Shown: positions 11,054 to 25,061 of the stretch, one piece after another
How positions within the stretch are numbered: the stretch's first letter is position 1
How the letters are laid out: each line of letters opens with the position of its first letter
NCBI GenBank assembly: GCA_043228905.1
Contig: JBHGNT010000014.1
Location: 3,968,001-4,032,000 of the forward strand
Direction: 5' to 3'
DNA length: 64,000 nucleotides
Origin: Azolla caroliniana
Lineage: Eukaryota > Plantae > Polypodiophyta
The notes under the pieces: model-generated
Told to the model about the DNA's origin: nothing
What the model saw: the letters and a program-made list of their open reading frames with translations, nothing else
Databases searched by the model: none
Position numbers and translations under genes: made by a program

Positions 11054-13872
11054 GTGAATGCTCCATACCTTATATTTTTGTAGACTTCAATACCTTGAAT
11101 TCTAAAAACACTTTCACATTTAGCCCTCCCCCTTGCTTTTTGGTGAACCATTTATGGTGAACCCTAAGCTACTAATAAAACTAAAGGTTCTCCTTCGCCT
11201 TATTCATGGCTATAGACAAAGAAGGAGAAAATAAATAGAAAAGAAACAAACTATGTGAGTAAAACCCCCGCTAGTCGATAGGAAAAACCTCACACTTCTA
11301 AACACACACACATACACATTGACAATTGTCATCACCATCTTTCTCCTTGTCAACACAAAGAAAGAGGTTACAACAATTAGTATATCTTCATCAACTTTCC
11401 AAACAGAAGTAGGTCTATGTGATATATAACTCTTGATAGAAGTAAGCATGTTAACATATGAATAAATCTTTCGAGTGAGCGAACCTTTTGTACAAATACC
11501 TTCAAAGCTCGAGACTTGTCAGAATTGTCATATTTTGAATTATGTCGATCTTTGCTTCATCAACATGACTTTCTTCTTGGCACACCACATTCTCCACATT
11601 ACCTTGTTTTGTATGTATGACCATTTCATCTAGAATCTCATCTCGAAAAGGAAGCAAAAATAAATCTCGTTTGGTTGAATCATTCAAGGGTTGGAAGTTG
11701 ACGTCTTTCTCCTTTGGAACAACCACAATAAGTGAGACAAACTTCAAATTCTCCATATGATAAATGAAACTCTCTTGTAACAATGCTTTATGATCTATCT
11801 TTTGCACAACCTTAGATTCTTGAAGAGTTTGGGCAATTGGTACCTTCAATTTGATAAGGTCTTTGAAGCAATCTTCTCCTTTTATATGTGAATAGACATT
11901 TATGAGTAATTTTGGAAACTCAAAAAGAAAAGAACTAAACCTTAGATGCTCTTCTCCTTGGATATAGCTTGAAATCATCTTCTCCAAGGTGATAATGCTT
12001 TTCTCTTCAATGACTTCTTCTTCCTCCTTAGACACCATGTGGAAGGATTTGTTTTCCCTATCCCACGAAGATTCATCAATTGTTATGCTTTCCTCTTCTT
12101 GATTGCCATTATCGATAGATGATTCCTTCTCCTTTATACATTTGATTAGTTGTGGTGGATCCTTTGATGGTGATAAGTTAATGATACTCCAATCATGCAT
12201 TACAAGTAAATCTCTTGGCTCTTGGTCAAATTGTTGTTGAAGATTTGATGCCCACATAACTTTGTTGCCACTCAATGCAAATCCAAAACACAAATCTTGC
12301 ACGAACACCTTCATACACTGCAACTTGGCACTTACCAATGCTTCCTTACACACATTGATCTCCAAAAGCCAATCTCCAACTATCACTTCTAGGTTACCTT
12401 CTTCATCTTGCAACTTCGTTGTGGGTACTTCACCATCAACAACTTCTTTTGTCATATCTTCCATTTCATCTTGCACATATTCATCATCAACCACCATATC
12501 GCTTGTTGTATCAATAATGTCCTCAGCATGATGTACATTGGCATCACCATCCATAACATCGCTTCTCATAACAATCTCCTTAGATTCGTCTTTCACATCA
12601 TCATTCTTTATATCATGGTTGTCCTCATGAACTAGATGGGGGGACTCCACATTCATCACCTCTTCTTCATTGTCTATGGAATCACCTTCATAGACATCAT
12701 TATAACTCCAAAAATTAGAATAATGATATGAGGGAACCTGTTGAATCAGACATTGCAAGTAGGTTGGTTGTTGGCTCATGACCGATCCACAATTATTATA
12801 GCTTGGATTTATGGTATATGATGCCGATACTCCATATGCTTCACCGAATAACAACTTCTTCAATTGTTGATCATAACTTTGACATACTCGAAGCAAATCA
12901 TGGAAAGACCTTGGGTACTTCATATGCACTTCATATTGAAAATATGGATCTAGCCCTGCTTTGAATCTTTCCATCTTGAAGTATACATCTTCAACGCCTC
13001 CAACAAGTCCAATCCAAGTGGACCATATATCCAAAAATGTCTTCTCATACTCGAGGTAGCACATTGGTGAAACCATACGCAATTGGAAAAGTTCTCTTCG
13101 TAGATCTGTCGCATCGCGAACTCCATATCTTGCCATTAGTTTGATGATGAATCGGTAGATACAACCATCAATTAGTGGACAACCGTTCCTCCCGTTATAC
13201 AGAAAGGATCGACCCTCCCAGGAGCGCCAAAATGAAAAGAGAGATGATGATAGAAAAGAGAGAGAAGGAAGATATAGAAACCCAAATCTACAAAGATATA
13301 TTAATAAGGAGTGATGATCATAGAAACAAGAGAAAGAAGATACATAAACTCAAGCCTACAAGGATGAATTGATAACAACTCAACCAACACTACGTGAATA
13401 GGCAAGAAAACATCACAAGAAAAAAGCTCTCTTTTCACCACCTCACTCTTCTTGCTTTATATGAAGTTCTCCTCTAGTAGATAAGTTTCGCTTGCTTTCT
13501 TTTCCACGCTTTTTTTAGAGCTTTTCCATCTCCTATTCTTAGCTATGACACAACGATCTTCTAATCGTCATATCTCCCTCATCCATGCTCCAAATTTAGA
13601 GTTTTAAAAATCTACGGATAGCTCTCGTCATAAGCTTTCTAACCCATATTTACACATTATATTTGGATTCCAAACGAATGAGTTATGAGCGTTCGTTGTA
13701 GACTACATCTTGGTGCCCGCTTTTTTCTTCTTTTACTTTTCTCCACGTGACTTGCTTTTTGTTTGACTTATACTTGAAACCTTAGCTCGTGTTCTTGGCC
13801 TTCGGGTGTGAATGCTCCATACCTTATATTTTTGTAGACTTCAATACCTTGAATTCTAAAAACACTTTCACA
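11054..13872 (-). mobile_element. Nested non-autonomous LTR element (gag plus RT remnant)
   Basis: 5' LTR 13233-13872 (TGTGAA...TTTTCA); PBS TGGCGCTCCTGGGAGGG at ~13213-13229; PPT 11121-11135; 3' LTR reduced to 11054-11118, identical to the start of the 5' LTR. Confidence 0.85.
11502..13136 (-). CDS. Gag-like protein with acidic linker and degenerate RT N-terminal remnant
   Basis: 544-aa ORF; ERFKAGL...YPRSFHDLL gag-like segment; VSLIVVVPK...FQPLN...LPFRDEILD resembles the RT start. Confidence 0.6.
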   Translation of the reverse strand: MARYGVRDATDLRRELFQLRMVSPMCYLEYEKTFLDIWSTWIGLVGGVEDVYFKMERFKAGLDPYFQYEVHMKYPRSFHDLLRVCQSYDQQLKKLLFGEAYGVSASYTINPSYNNCGSVMSQQPTYLQCLIQQVPSYHYSNFWSYNDVYEGDSIDNEEEVMNVESPHLVHEDNHDIKNDDVKDESKEIVMRSDVMDGDANVHHAEDIIDTTSDMVVDDEYVQDEMEDMTKEVVDGEVPTTKLQDEEGNLEVIVGDWLLEINVCKEALVSAKLQCMKVFVQDLCFGFALSGNKVMWASNLQQQFDQEPRDLLVMHDWSIINLSPSKDPPQLIKCIKEKESSIDNGNQEEESITIDESSWDRENKSFHMVSKEEEEVIEEKSIITLEKMISSYIQGEEHLRFSSFLFEFPKLLINVYSHIKGEDCFKDLIKLKVPIAQTLQESKVVQKIDHKALLQESFIYHMENLKFVSLIVVVPKEKDVNFQPLNDSTKRDLFLLPFRDEILDEMVIHTKQGNVENVVCQEESHVDEAKIDIIQNMTILTSLEL

Positions 13873-16563
13873 AGATGCTTTGACCCGTTGCGATACGACC
13901 ATTTCTCTTTCCCTGTGCTTGCCATAGCTCCCGGATCACTTCTTTATTTGGTTCCTCATCGGCTCCGTCCGGTGGCAGTATGTATGGTGATACGGCTTCG
14001 GCTACGTCGATTTCGAACAGAGGTACGATCTTCGGATTATCTTGCAAGCATTGATCTACCTTTTCATCTGCTAATCCATCCAGCATATTGACGCATTCGG
14101 CATATATGGGTGTCAATTACTTCCCGGTACCCGTCCGTGGTTGTGTCGCTACCCGTACTTTTGCTTTTCCCCGCCGGAAGGTGATTATATTCTTCCTCCA
14201 GTTTTGTTTAATGTGCATCATTTTCAACCACGATCGCCCCAACAATAGTGGGTAAGCTCCTTGTGCCTATAGTTGTAGCACTACTGCCGAGATGCGAAAT
14301 GTGTGGCCGCCGATCGTTACATCCAAATCTCGTATCAAGTCGGTCGGTCGCACTAAGCTTGTATCCGCCATCCGCAACCAGAACGGGCATGGTTCCAACT
14401 CTTGGATTCCCAAGGTTTTGCACATTTAGAGGCTAATCACATTGACGTTGGATCCTCCATCTATTACTGTTCCAGGTAACTCCTTTCCCTTCACGATGGC
14501 TATGATCGCCAGACTGTTTGTGTCTACTACCGCCGGTCCCTCCTCCGGATTTGAGAAGAATGTTGGAGCCGGTGGTGTTTCTCTTGCCGTCATGCATGTC
14601 TTGAGTGCTTCTGTGAATCTGGGCACTAGCTGCAGGAGCCGTCCTAATGGCAGCGTGATTTGGCATTCTTGCAATGCCTGCCATGTCGCATTTTCGGGCT
14701 GACTGCCGCCGACGAGTTCTTCGGTATTTTCCTTTTGCTGCGCAAGCTCTGCCATGTTTCGCGCATTCGCTTTTTTTACCCATTCCGTTGCCTGCTTGCG
14801 GATGGCCTCTTGCGCCTCCCATTCCGTCGCCTTACCCTTCGATCTTGTGGTTACCTGCTGCAGGTATGCGACTTCGGCGACTACCATGTTCACCGTCGGT
14901 CGTTTATCATAGCTCTTTGCTGGGCATTGATTACTATAATGTCCTTCTTGTCGGCAATAGTAGCAATATGCTTTCCAGGTAGTGCTGGATTCGGCGTTGT
15001 TTCCTACTCCCGGTCGAGGACTTGCGGTAACGGCGGGGCTTTGATCCGGTTGGCTGCTTGAGGCGCCCTTCTCCGGTTCCCATAGGTGACCCCTTTTCTC
15101 GAAATGGCGTTTCTTTTTGTTCCGATACTCTTGATGGGGTTGGTCATCATGTCTGCCATAGGCTTCCCGTCGTTGGTTGTAACCGGGGAATTGGTCCCAA
15201 TTGTATCTTTCATACCGTCCATTATAATCCCGGTACCGATCATATCTCTCATACCGGTCAGGGTTGTCCCTGTACCGGACATCCTATGCCGGTCGGTATC
15301 GCTCTTCTCGCCTCCAACGTTCTTCTTCCTCCTCCTTGGTACTCCGTGGTTCAATTTGCTGAACCGGTGGTGCTTGGCGATTCAACAAATTGTACTCGCA
15401 CTGCTCCATTGTGTGGTTCCTAGAATGGCACAGTAGACATTGCGTCTGCATGGTACATTCTAGTGCCGAGTGTCCGGCATTTAGGCATGTTGTGCATTGA
15501 ATTGCCTGTCGAAACCGGAGATCCTCATCGGTTGGTAACGCTCGTTGGAGTGCTCCCATTGTTAGCCAAGAGCTTGTTTTCTCCATTTCTCTAACCCAGT
15601 CGATGACCTGGTCGACGGTACTTGTGCGAAAGTCGATGACAGTGCATACCGTCCATAGAGGTTCCCAGAGTGCGGCTAAGAATATCGCCTGTGTTTCTTC
15701 CTCCGGAGGTGCTCGGGTAAGCTGACTGTGCATCCGTTGAAACCACATGACAAACTGCGGAATGCTCTCCCTAGGGTCCTGCCGGATGGTATAAAATAGG
15801 CCCACCATTTCTCTCTGGTCCACCTCCTTCTGAAAGAAGTGCAAGAATTTAGCTTTCAGGTCTGCAAAGGTGGTGATGATGCTGGGGTCCTGCGTCCGGT
15901 GCCATCTGGCGGCCGGTCCTTCCAATGTCATGCCGGATTCGGCTATCTGAGATTGTTCCTCTTCAGCTGCGGTTAACCGTTGTGATACATGGTTCGCCTC
16001 CCATGTTTGTTGAAAAGCGTGAACAGGAGCCTCCACATCTAGGTCATCCCTATACTTGGGGTACTGGAACGACATGTCGTCATCCGGTGTTGGTGCGCTG
16101 GCTGGCGGTGTCGGTGTCGGTGGTCTTTCCCGCTCTTCCGTTGGTGTCGGAGGTCGTTGCTGGTCTTCTGTCAGAGTCGGAAGTTTGTGTTCCTCCTCCT
16201 TCGGTGTTGCCAGCTTCTCCCCCTCGACTTCCGTTGTCAGAGTTCTTTCTTTGTACTCTTCCGGCTCCGGGGTTGCTTCACATCTACTACCGGAGGTTCC
16301 CGGTCTGACAATTCTGGTTTCGGTGTCGATAATGTATCCGCCTCCTCGTCCTCCGGTCCTCCTATGGTGTCGTTACTACTGTGATAGGTCGTGTGTGCGC
16401 TGTAACCCCCTTCTGAATCCGATTCCAATGCCGAAAATGCTTCGGATTCGTTGTCTCTTCTGGCCAAGGCCTGGAGAAGGGATTCCGCTTCCCGGAGAGT
16501 GCTTAAGTTGCTTCCTTCATCCGGGTAGGCGTTTTGTTGTAGACGGAGCGACTCCTCCGCCAC
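13873..16563 (-). pseudogene. gag: gag and aspartic protease of the 3341-17215 element
   Basis: TLEGPAARW, two CCHC knuckles, VIDGGSNVN protease site. Confidence 0.85.
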
Positions 16564-16740
16564 TTTCCGGATAACTTTGGAAAATGATCGATCCGATCAT
16601 ATTTCTTTTGCCTCTTGCGGGAAAGCCTCTCGCCGCCTTCGCCGTGCAGCAAGTCTGCTTGCTCTCTCTCTCCGTAACCGGGTCGTCCGTTGGCCTAGTC
16701 ATCCATTCCCGCCGCTGTTCACTGCGATTGTGCAGGAATT

Positions 16741-16750
16741 GTGGTCGCCA
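16741..16750 (-). promoter_or_regulatory. PBS complementary to tRNA-Arg(UCG) 3' end
   Basis: TGGCGACCAC pairs with the ...GUGGUCG-CCA end of plant tRNA-Arg(UCG), recalled from memory. Confidence 0.65.
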
Positions 16751-17215
16751 AAACCTGTGTTAATCCTTAGGGCCGGACAACAGCCTAACACAGGGTGTCC
16801 ACTTAAGACACTTCACCAAAGGGTGTTACGGCGAGATAACTTACGACACAACGCTTAATTGGACCTTAATCGGTTACTTAGTAATACGTCATTAACACGC
16901 GTAACATATACAATAAGCACAGAATGGTGAACAATACTCAATGATTAAACAAAAGGTTTATATTACTCTCCATTAATGACTACATTGTAACCGAGCCTTT
17001 ATATAGGTCACCGGTGCGAAGTACAAAACGATGTCAACCGACACCTATTCGGGATCGGTCCGGATCTAGATCGGCATACCGATTTGGTCGGTCCGTCCAC
17101 ATCTTCTCATATATTAATATATTAAGACTAATAATTACAACAGATTCCCAATTAACAATTCCCCTTTTCACACCCTGGTCTCAACGTCCTTAGCTCCTTT
17201 GCCAGCTAGGTAACA

Positions 17216-17768
17216 ATACCCAAAAAGAAAATACACATTAACATGGAATATTTATAAGTGAACATAGATCTTGATTGAAAAGAATACAAAATCCAATGCT
17301 ACAATTAAAGGACACACCCACAAATTTGAGCAATGTGCTCATCTATGTCACATAAGTATGTACGATTACACTAACATAAATACTTCTTTGAGTCAAAGAA
17401 TTGGGATAAGAAGTACAAATACTTGTGCAACTATGTTCAAGAAAAATACCTGATTAGTCTTTGCACTCACAAGCTAGCCTGACCACTGCAGAAGAATGAG
17501 AGGGAGAAGAACCGCTATAGTCTGCAGAAGTAGAAGGAGAGGGAGATCAAGGAGAAGAGAATTGAGACTCATTACTGTTTGATAAAGAAATAAAAGGAAA
17601 ACATGTGTACAAACTAGGTTTTTGAAAAGCTAGGTTAAATTTCATTGAACGAATTATTACCTTTTCTTAAATTGGTAGAACTGACCTTCAAAAAATGTGT
17701 TGAGAGAAAAAAATTATAAAAGTATCTTACCAAACCGTTAAATCATTTAAACCGAAACCGTTAAGCCG
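17216..17768. mobile_element. Possible hAT-like end remnant
   Basis: AAACCG/TTAAGCCG-rich tract 17730-17768 resembles the subterminal region 50880-50960. Confidence 0.4.
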
Positions 17769-19341
17769 ATGAGGGCGCAAACAGGTGTAGTCGAACAGCT
17801 TGTCGGCTACACAGATGCCAATTGGACCGGAAATGCTAGTGACCATAGGCCTACATCTAGATATACGTTTTCACTTGGAAGTGCCATGGTCGCCTGGAGC
17901 AGTAAGAAGCAGCCGACAGTTGCACGGTCAAGCATTGAGGCCGAGTACCGAGGAGCGGCTGTCGCGACATGCGAAGCCATATGGCTCAACGAGATCGTAA
18001 AGGATCAGTAGGTGAAGGTATCCCATCCGACAGTGATCTATTGCGATAACCTCAAAAACATTCAGTTGGCTAGGAACCCCGTCTTTCACGCCCGGACTAA
18101 GCACATCGAGGTGCACTATCATTTTGTCCGAGAGCACGTTCTCTTCGGTGAAGTGGAAATGGTGTATGTTCCGATGCATCAACAAGTGGCCGATATCTTC
18201 ACCAAATCCCTAGGCTTAGACAAGTTACGACATTTTTCCGAGGCACTAGGTGTGCAATACCTTGATGTGCCGAACCTGAGGGGGGAGGAACGAAAGGAGG
18301 GATGAGAAACACGACCGAAAAGCTGAGTCAGAAACCGATTTTGACTTCGGCCCGATTCAAGAAGTTGGAGTGCACGGGACGGCTGAGGAAGTCGAGGCCG
18401 GACGCAAGGGGAGCCACCGGAATGGAGAGCCTAAACCGAAGCCAACCGAAAAAGGGGGAGGCAAAGTCATAAAGGCAAGGACCAAGATAAATCAGAGGCA
18501 ATTGGAGATAGCCAATTCAAACAAGAGCTTGAACGAATCAGAGGCAGCCGATTCGCGAGAGGAGTTTGATTCGGAGGAGCCGAATCAACTAGAGGCCAAA
18601 CGGGCAAGAAGGCATCTGAAGTCGACACCGACACAGAGGAACCAACAGGTCGAGAAGCACCAAAGTCGCAACAACGAAGGAACTAAGATGGGCTTGTTGA
18701 GCAGACAAGCCGACCAAGGAGGTCGAGGAGCGTAGAACCGGATGGGTCGCAAAAGGAGGAACCAGACCAGACGAGGAGTAGAGCAAAATGGGAGGACGCC
18801 AAGTGGAGCTAGATGAGAGCACTGGCTACCATTGACACTGACACTGTGATCCGACCTCAAGTTGATCTTGATAGGGAGTGTTAAGTGGGCAAGCTCAACC
18901 TAATCCGAATTGGCTAAATAAGCCAGAGCCGAATCGGTGTCCGGATAGTATCCGGAACCAGGAGTCAGATCGGGATCAGGGAGCCCGATCAAAGAGCTGG
19001 ACCCACGTGTGTACCGAAATGCCGTTTAGAGGTCTACGGTTCAAGACTACTAGGTAGTCATGGTCTTCGTAGTTAATGTCAATCGCTCGTATGAGCATTG
19101 AAGTACTTGTTAGTACTTCTGTCAATCTGTATAAGGACTTGTACAAAAGTGCTCTCTGAGCACATTCTATGTACAGAGTGTTGCAAAGTATTATTTTTTA
19201 ATATAGTTTTTTGCTATTCTGCTCTCTCTGTCTCCACCACTCTCTACTTGTGTCTTGTAAGGTTTCCATTAAACCTATAATCTCTCTGTTGTTATCCGTT
19301 TGAACCGGTTTGCCATAAGCTTCCACATATTAACTTTTACA
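17769..19341 (+). mobile_element. Ty1/Copia 3' fragment: RNase H pseudogene, 3' UTR, LTR ~18879-19341
   Basis: YTDANW, WSSKKQPTVARSSIEAEY, HARTKHIEVHYHFVRE; PPT GATAGGGAG before TGTTAA at 18879; LTR end approximate. Confidence 0.82.
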
Positions 19342-22300
19342 ATTAGTTATGTGTCATAGAATATGATTCTATAACACATAGCTAATGTGTAGAGAGTAGT
19401 GATGTGACTCTTGACCTTTAAGTGATCATAGATTCTCAAAGGGTGTATTCACACGTTGCACTATTTTGAGCTTGATTCTCAACATGCCCCCCAAGCTCAA
19501 CTCGGTTGATGTCCACTTCGGCTGGTATCCGGTTCAGACGATCTCCAATGTCCACTTCGGCTCATACCCGATTCAAAGGGTATCCGGTTCTCGCTTGTAC
19601 TCCCCCTCAAGCTTGGTAAGTCAGGGATCGTTAATCCAAGGTCTAACATGAATTGCTGAAGCTTGTCAACTCCTAGGGCTTTGGTAAAGATGTCGTCCGT
19701 TTGAAGCTTTGTGTTGAAGGTCGATATCTCCAACCTGAACATGCTCTCGAATGAAGTGATAGTGTACTTTGATATGCTTTGCGTGTGCGTGGAACACTAG
19801 GTTCCGAGCCAGATAAATATTGCTCTTGTTGTTGCAATAGAGGGGAGTTGGATCCTTGATGGGAACGCCTAGATCCTTCAAAATCCTCTTGACCCATACG
19901 GCTTCACATGCAGCTATGGCTACGCCCCTATATTCGGCCAACATACTCGAAAGAGCGACGGTCGGCTGCTTTTTCCTACTCCACGAAATTGCTCCGCCGC
20001 CAAGGGAGAAGACAAAACCAGAGGTTGATCATCGATCGGCTTTGTAACCGGCCCAGTCGGCATCCATGTACCCTTCGAGTCGAATTGGTGTCGCCGATTT
20101 GTAGAGAATTTCATAATCCATTGTGCCGCTCACGTGTCGTAATACTCTCTTAGCGCAATCGAAATGGATATCTCACGGAGTTTGCATGAATTGGCTAAGG
20201 AGTCTGACTGGATAGCTAAGGTCGGGTCAAGTGATCGTGAGATAGATGAGGCTCCCAATTAGTTGACAATATTGAGTCGGCTCGCACTCGTTTATGCTGA
20301 AATCAACATCTATTTTGAGGTTTCAATCGAGAGGGGTTGCCACATATTTGCACTTAGCCATTCCGAACTTGTATAACAAGTTGAGGATGTAGTGCCATTG
20401 AGAGATCATAATGTTGGTCGGAATCCGAAGTACTTCGATTCCAAGGAAGTAATGGAGCTCCTTCATGTCAGTCATCTCGAATTTTCTAGAGAGGAGGGAC
20501 TTGACCTTGTTTATGTCAACTAGACTTTCACCTCCAATAATCAGATCATCTATATATAGGATAATGACAATCGGACTTCCTTAGTCATTTCGTACGTAGA
20601 GGGAGTTGTCGGATTTCGACATTCGAAAGCCGATTTGATGAAGATATTGTGTTATCTTGAGTTGGCAGACGACTTTCGAATGAATGTTGGATTCGAAGCC
20701 AAGTGGTTGTACTATGTACACCTCGTCTTATAATTTTCCTTGAGATGCCACCCTTTCGCTGCTACAAGTGTGATTACGGTCCGCACATTTGTCATCTTTG
20801 CCACTGGGGCAAATGTCTCTTTGTAGTCGACTCCATGTGTCTGTGCGTATCCTTTCGCTATGAGTCGAACTTTGTCGAGGTTTACGGAGCCGTTGGTATT
20901 ATACTTCACCTTATAAATCCATCTGTAGCCGATTTCCTTCTTGTGCGGTCAGTGGGGAACGAGATCCCATGTCTCATTTTTGGAGAGTGCTTGCATCTCT
21001 TCATTCATTGCTTCAACACATCTAGGGTCCTTCACGGCTTCGGAAAATGTTTCCGGCTCTCGTACAATCGCCACCTTCATCATAAAAGCGTAATGGTACA
21101 CCATATACTCATCGTAGCCAAATCGGCTTACCGGGTTCTTTTCTCAGGTGGATAGGCGGAGCTTCTCATTTGCAGATACTAAGGCTTTCTTTGCTCCATT
21201 TGTCAGGATGTCGAGGCCTTCAAACTCACTATCGACGGAGTGAGTTGACTCGTTTTCAATCTGATTTTCGTATTCCGGCATTTTGGCCTTCCCTTTTTCT
21301 AACTTAGGGCCGAGATATGCTTTGATCGCTCAGAGGCTCTTGTGACCCACTAAGCCTTGTCGTAATCGGGCTTTCTTCGAACATGTGTTTGAGTCGATTT
21401 TCTTCTTGTATCTCTTGTTCAACGGATTCTGGGTCGTGCGGAATCGAACTTGAAGTTTTCTCTGGTGCATACCAAGATGCTAACTCGTCGAAAACGACGT
21501 CTCGACTTTCTCGAACTTTTCAGATAGAGGGGTTATAGCACTTGTACCCCTTTTACTCCAGTGAGTATCCTATGAGGATATATTTCTCCGACTTCAGTCG
21601 AGCTTTTGTCGCTTCTCGTTGGGGATGTGCACGTATGCAATGAAGCCGAATATCCGAAAATCTGATAGATCCAGTTTCTTTTCAAAAAACTTCTTGTGCG
21701 GGGTAACCTCATGCACTCCGGATGTCGTGCACCAATTCATGAGGTAGACGACAGTATTTGCTGCTTTGGGCCAATATGACTTCGGCAGGTGCTTTTCGTT
21801 CATCATGGCCTGTGCTACTTCGAGGATGGGCTGATTCTTTCGTTCGGCTACTCCATTCTATTGTGGCGTATGTCGACATGAAAACTCTCACCGAATTCCT
21901 TCTTTTCGTAGAAAAGCTGAAAATTCGTCAGAGAAGTACTCCTTTCCTCCATTCGACCGAAGACATCGTACATGTCGGCCGTGGCTTTCTCGACTTCATT
22001 CTTAAATTTTCGGAAGTGTCCAAACACTTCGCTCTTTTGCCGCATGGGGTAGATCCAGGTGTGTATGGAGAAGTCATCAATGAAGGCCACATAGTATCGG
22101 CATCCGCAGAATGTAGCCATTTGAGCTGGTCCCCATACATCAAAATGAATTACGTTGAGTACGCCTTTGTTCACGTTCCTCTCCTTCGGGAACGGGTGTT
22201 GATGTTGTTGTCGGAATTGGCAAGCTGCACACATGCCTTCAATCTCCTTCTCTTTGAAGGTCGTGAGCCAGATGACGACCCCTTTCAATTGCATCGCCTT

Positions 22301-24331
22301 GAGTTTATTGAGATTGGCGTGGCCAATCCGCTTGTGCCATAGCTCTATGTTGGAATCGGCTTTCGTGCCTTTTGCAACATGACTGATTTCATCTTGTGCA
22401 AGTCGAGAATGAACATTTGGCCCTCTCTTCATCCGCGAGCGACGGCTCGACCCTCTTTTTCGATGAACCAACCGTCTTGATTAAATCAAACTTGCATCCC
22501 TTGCTCAACAATTTGGCCGACGGAGACCAAATTTTTTGTAATGGTTGGTACATGCAAGACATTCTTAATATAAGTTTTCTTACCTTCTTTTCCGAATGGA
22601 ACATTGCCGATGTGGCAAATCAGATGTGTAGTGTCGTCTCCGGTTTTGACATAGTCGGTTCGGTCCGGCTCTCAAAGTTCTCAGAACCATTCTTGATGAG
22701 ACGTCATATGGTTCGAGGAACCGGAGTCGGCAAACCATACAGATTCCAAAGTAGATGCGCTATTCGAAGTAGAAGCTGACATAGAATTTGCTCTATGTCT
22801 CATCACGAACATTCCACCATGATCATCATAGTCCGATTTGGTGGCGTAATTGATGAGTCGTCGGCTAGTGGAAGCCGACTCCCGCATCTTCTTTCGGCAC
22901 TCTTCTTCATGATGGCCGATTTTGCCGCAATATCCGCATTCGATCGAGATTTGTCGACTTAGGCCGGAATGGAAGCTTCCCCTTCTTCCAAAGGTTCCTT
23001 GATGGCTTCCGTCTTGTTGCCGAAATTGGGAGTTGTTTTCGTGAGTTGGACCTCGTCCACCTCTTCCTTTGATGAATTGGCCTCTTGCTCGGCCACATCC
23101 TCTTCCTTAGTTTGAATGTGTGTACAGAATGTGGCCTTCCAAGGCATTGCTCCTTGTTCGAACATGGTCTTCTTCAACCAACAACATGGATTGAAGATGA
23201 AAGAAAGAGGAAGGATTCTCCCGTGCTAGTATGGCAGTTCTCATCGCGCCGAACCGTGGTGCAAGGTCGTCGAGGTATATTTGCACCATCTCATCATCGT
23301 CCACATTGATGCTTATTGAGACGAGCGAGTCACAAAGCTCCTTGATCTTCAAGGTGTAGCTTGTGACAGACATATCCCTTTGTTGGATGTTGTTCAACTC
23401 TTGGCGTAGTTGAAGCTTTCTCGCGGTTGTGTTGACGGCGAAAATCTTTTGTAGATTCTCCCACGCTTCCTTCACCATCTCGGCTTCTCGAATATAGCCG
23501 AGCATGTGGTCGTGATCACATGTCGTCAAGAAATACATCACTTGGCTTGCCGCTTGCTCCCATGTTGAGTAGTTGGCGTCTTTTGGGTTGGGTTGATTTT
23601 CTTGTGCTCCTTTGATGTAGCTCCACTATCTTTGACCGACAAGGTATTGGTGCATTTTGTACTTCCAAGATGCAAAATTGTTTCGATCTAACTTCTCGGT
23701 AGGGAGAGCGATCCTCATTTGAGTATTCATTGTCGATGAAGCTTTCTTTCTTCTTTCCGTTCTCTCTCGAACATGAGTTATGTAGTCGCACTACCATAGC
23801 GATGAGCCGGTTCTTCTTGAACGTCGGTGTAGAGCACAACACACACGGATGGGCTAGATCGAGCTACCAACCTCGCTCTGATACCATGTAAAGAATCAGA
23901 TATGATTCTTGTGCAGCGGAAGAGATGTGTGTTATGTGTATGTGTGAGAGGAAAGAGATGAGAGAAGAGGAAACACAAGATGGATAGATTAGATAAAATG
24001 GAAAATAGAATACTCAAGAAGAAGGTGTATATTCCCAATGAGAATACCAATTACAAAATGTAGCATTACAAGGAGTCACAACCGACTTAGTATGAAGTAG
24101 GTAAAGAGTGCTTTATATATGGTCACCCTCTCTCTTCATTAACCCACTACAACAACTACTCTCCCTTGGGGAATGTAAAGACTCATAATAATGGGGAATA
24201 TGGAAGTCATTAGTTAATATGATTCTATGACACATAGTTAATGTGTAGAGAGTGGTGGTGTGACTCTGGACCTTTGAGTGATCGTAGATTCTCAAAGAGT
24301 GTGTTCACATGTTGTCGTGATGTTTCTAACA
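19342..24331 (-). mobile_element. Decayed Ty1/Copia element
   Basis: 5' LTR 23887-24331; iMet PBS TGGTATCAGAGC 23875-23886; gag, WFADSGSSNHM protease, GAG-pre-integrase, integrase, RT and RH fragments; PPT 19486-19492; truncated 3' LTR 19342-19484. Confidence 0.9.
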
Positions 24332-25061
24332 CATAGTGTGAAACCACCCTCGAAAAGATGCAAAATAGTAGTTCAAATAAACTAGTATTGTGAAGTCAAC
24401 TTTATTGGTAGAAAAAATACTTTTTCATTTTCCAAAGATAATTCCTTATAAATAAATGGTCAAAGGATTGAACCTTACAATAAATAATGATGAATATTAA
24501 GTTAGAGGCGGTTTTCAAAAGTAGAGAAAAAAAAAACCACACGTGGATATGAGGAGAACAGTAGAGAAAAAAGCTCATAATTTCCTCGTCAGATGTCCAA
24601 AGATGCATACGAAAGCTAACCCAAAGAGCTTTCCAAGAATATCTTGCATGTGAAATTTGGGGCTAGAAAACAGAAATAGTGAGGAAAAGAAAAGTAGACT
24701 CATATAGACAAGCTTTTTTTTTGGGGAGAAAGGCAAGCAATCCTAAACCTATAAATAAGAGCCTATTCTAGTGAAGAAGGGGGGGAGGGAGAATGAATGT
24801 GGAAGCTCTACTCAATTGGAAAGTGGAAGAAGAAGGATCAACAACATCGAGAGGCATCATGAACAAAGAAACTCCTTCTATCCTCCACTCTCTTCTTTCC
24901 TCCACCTCTCTTCCCCCATTCATTTATAAACAATCCTTCATATTCGCATCCAACCCATTGTAACATGATTCTTATATTATAAAAGAATCTATTATATTGA
25001 TATAAACTAATGTTTTCTTTCATATACTTTCTTTTATGTGTAAATCTTGATTGTGCTTATT

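Larger units (their letters stand above)
3341..17215 (-). mobile_element. Decayed non-chromoviral Ty3/Gypsy element (OTA-group or Phygy/Selgy-like) with extra 3' ORF
   Basis: 5' LTR ~16756-17215; truncated 3' LTR 3341-3613 matching 16943-17215; PBS TGGCGACCAC 16741-16750; gag, PR, RT, RH, INT fragments in order. Confidence 0.88.

Noticed and set aside
11054-13872. Element with 65-bp mini-LTRs
   Set aside because: The PBS at ~13229 shows the 5' LTR is 640 bp; the short copy is a truncated 3' LTR
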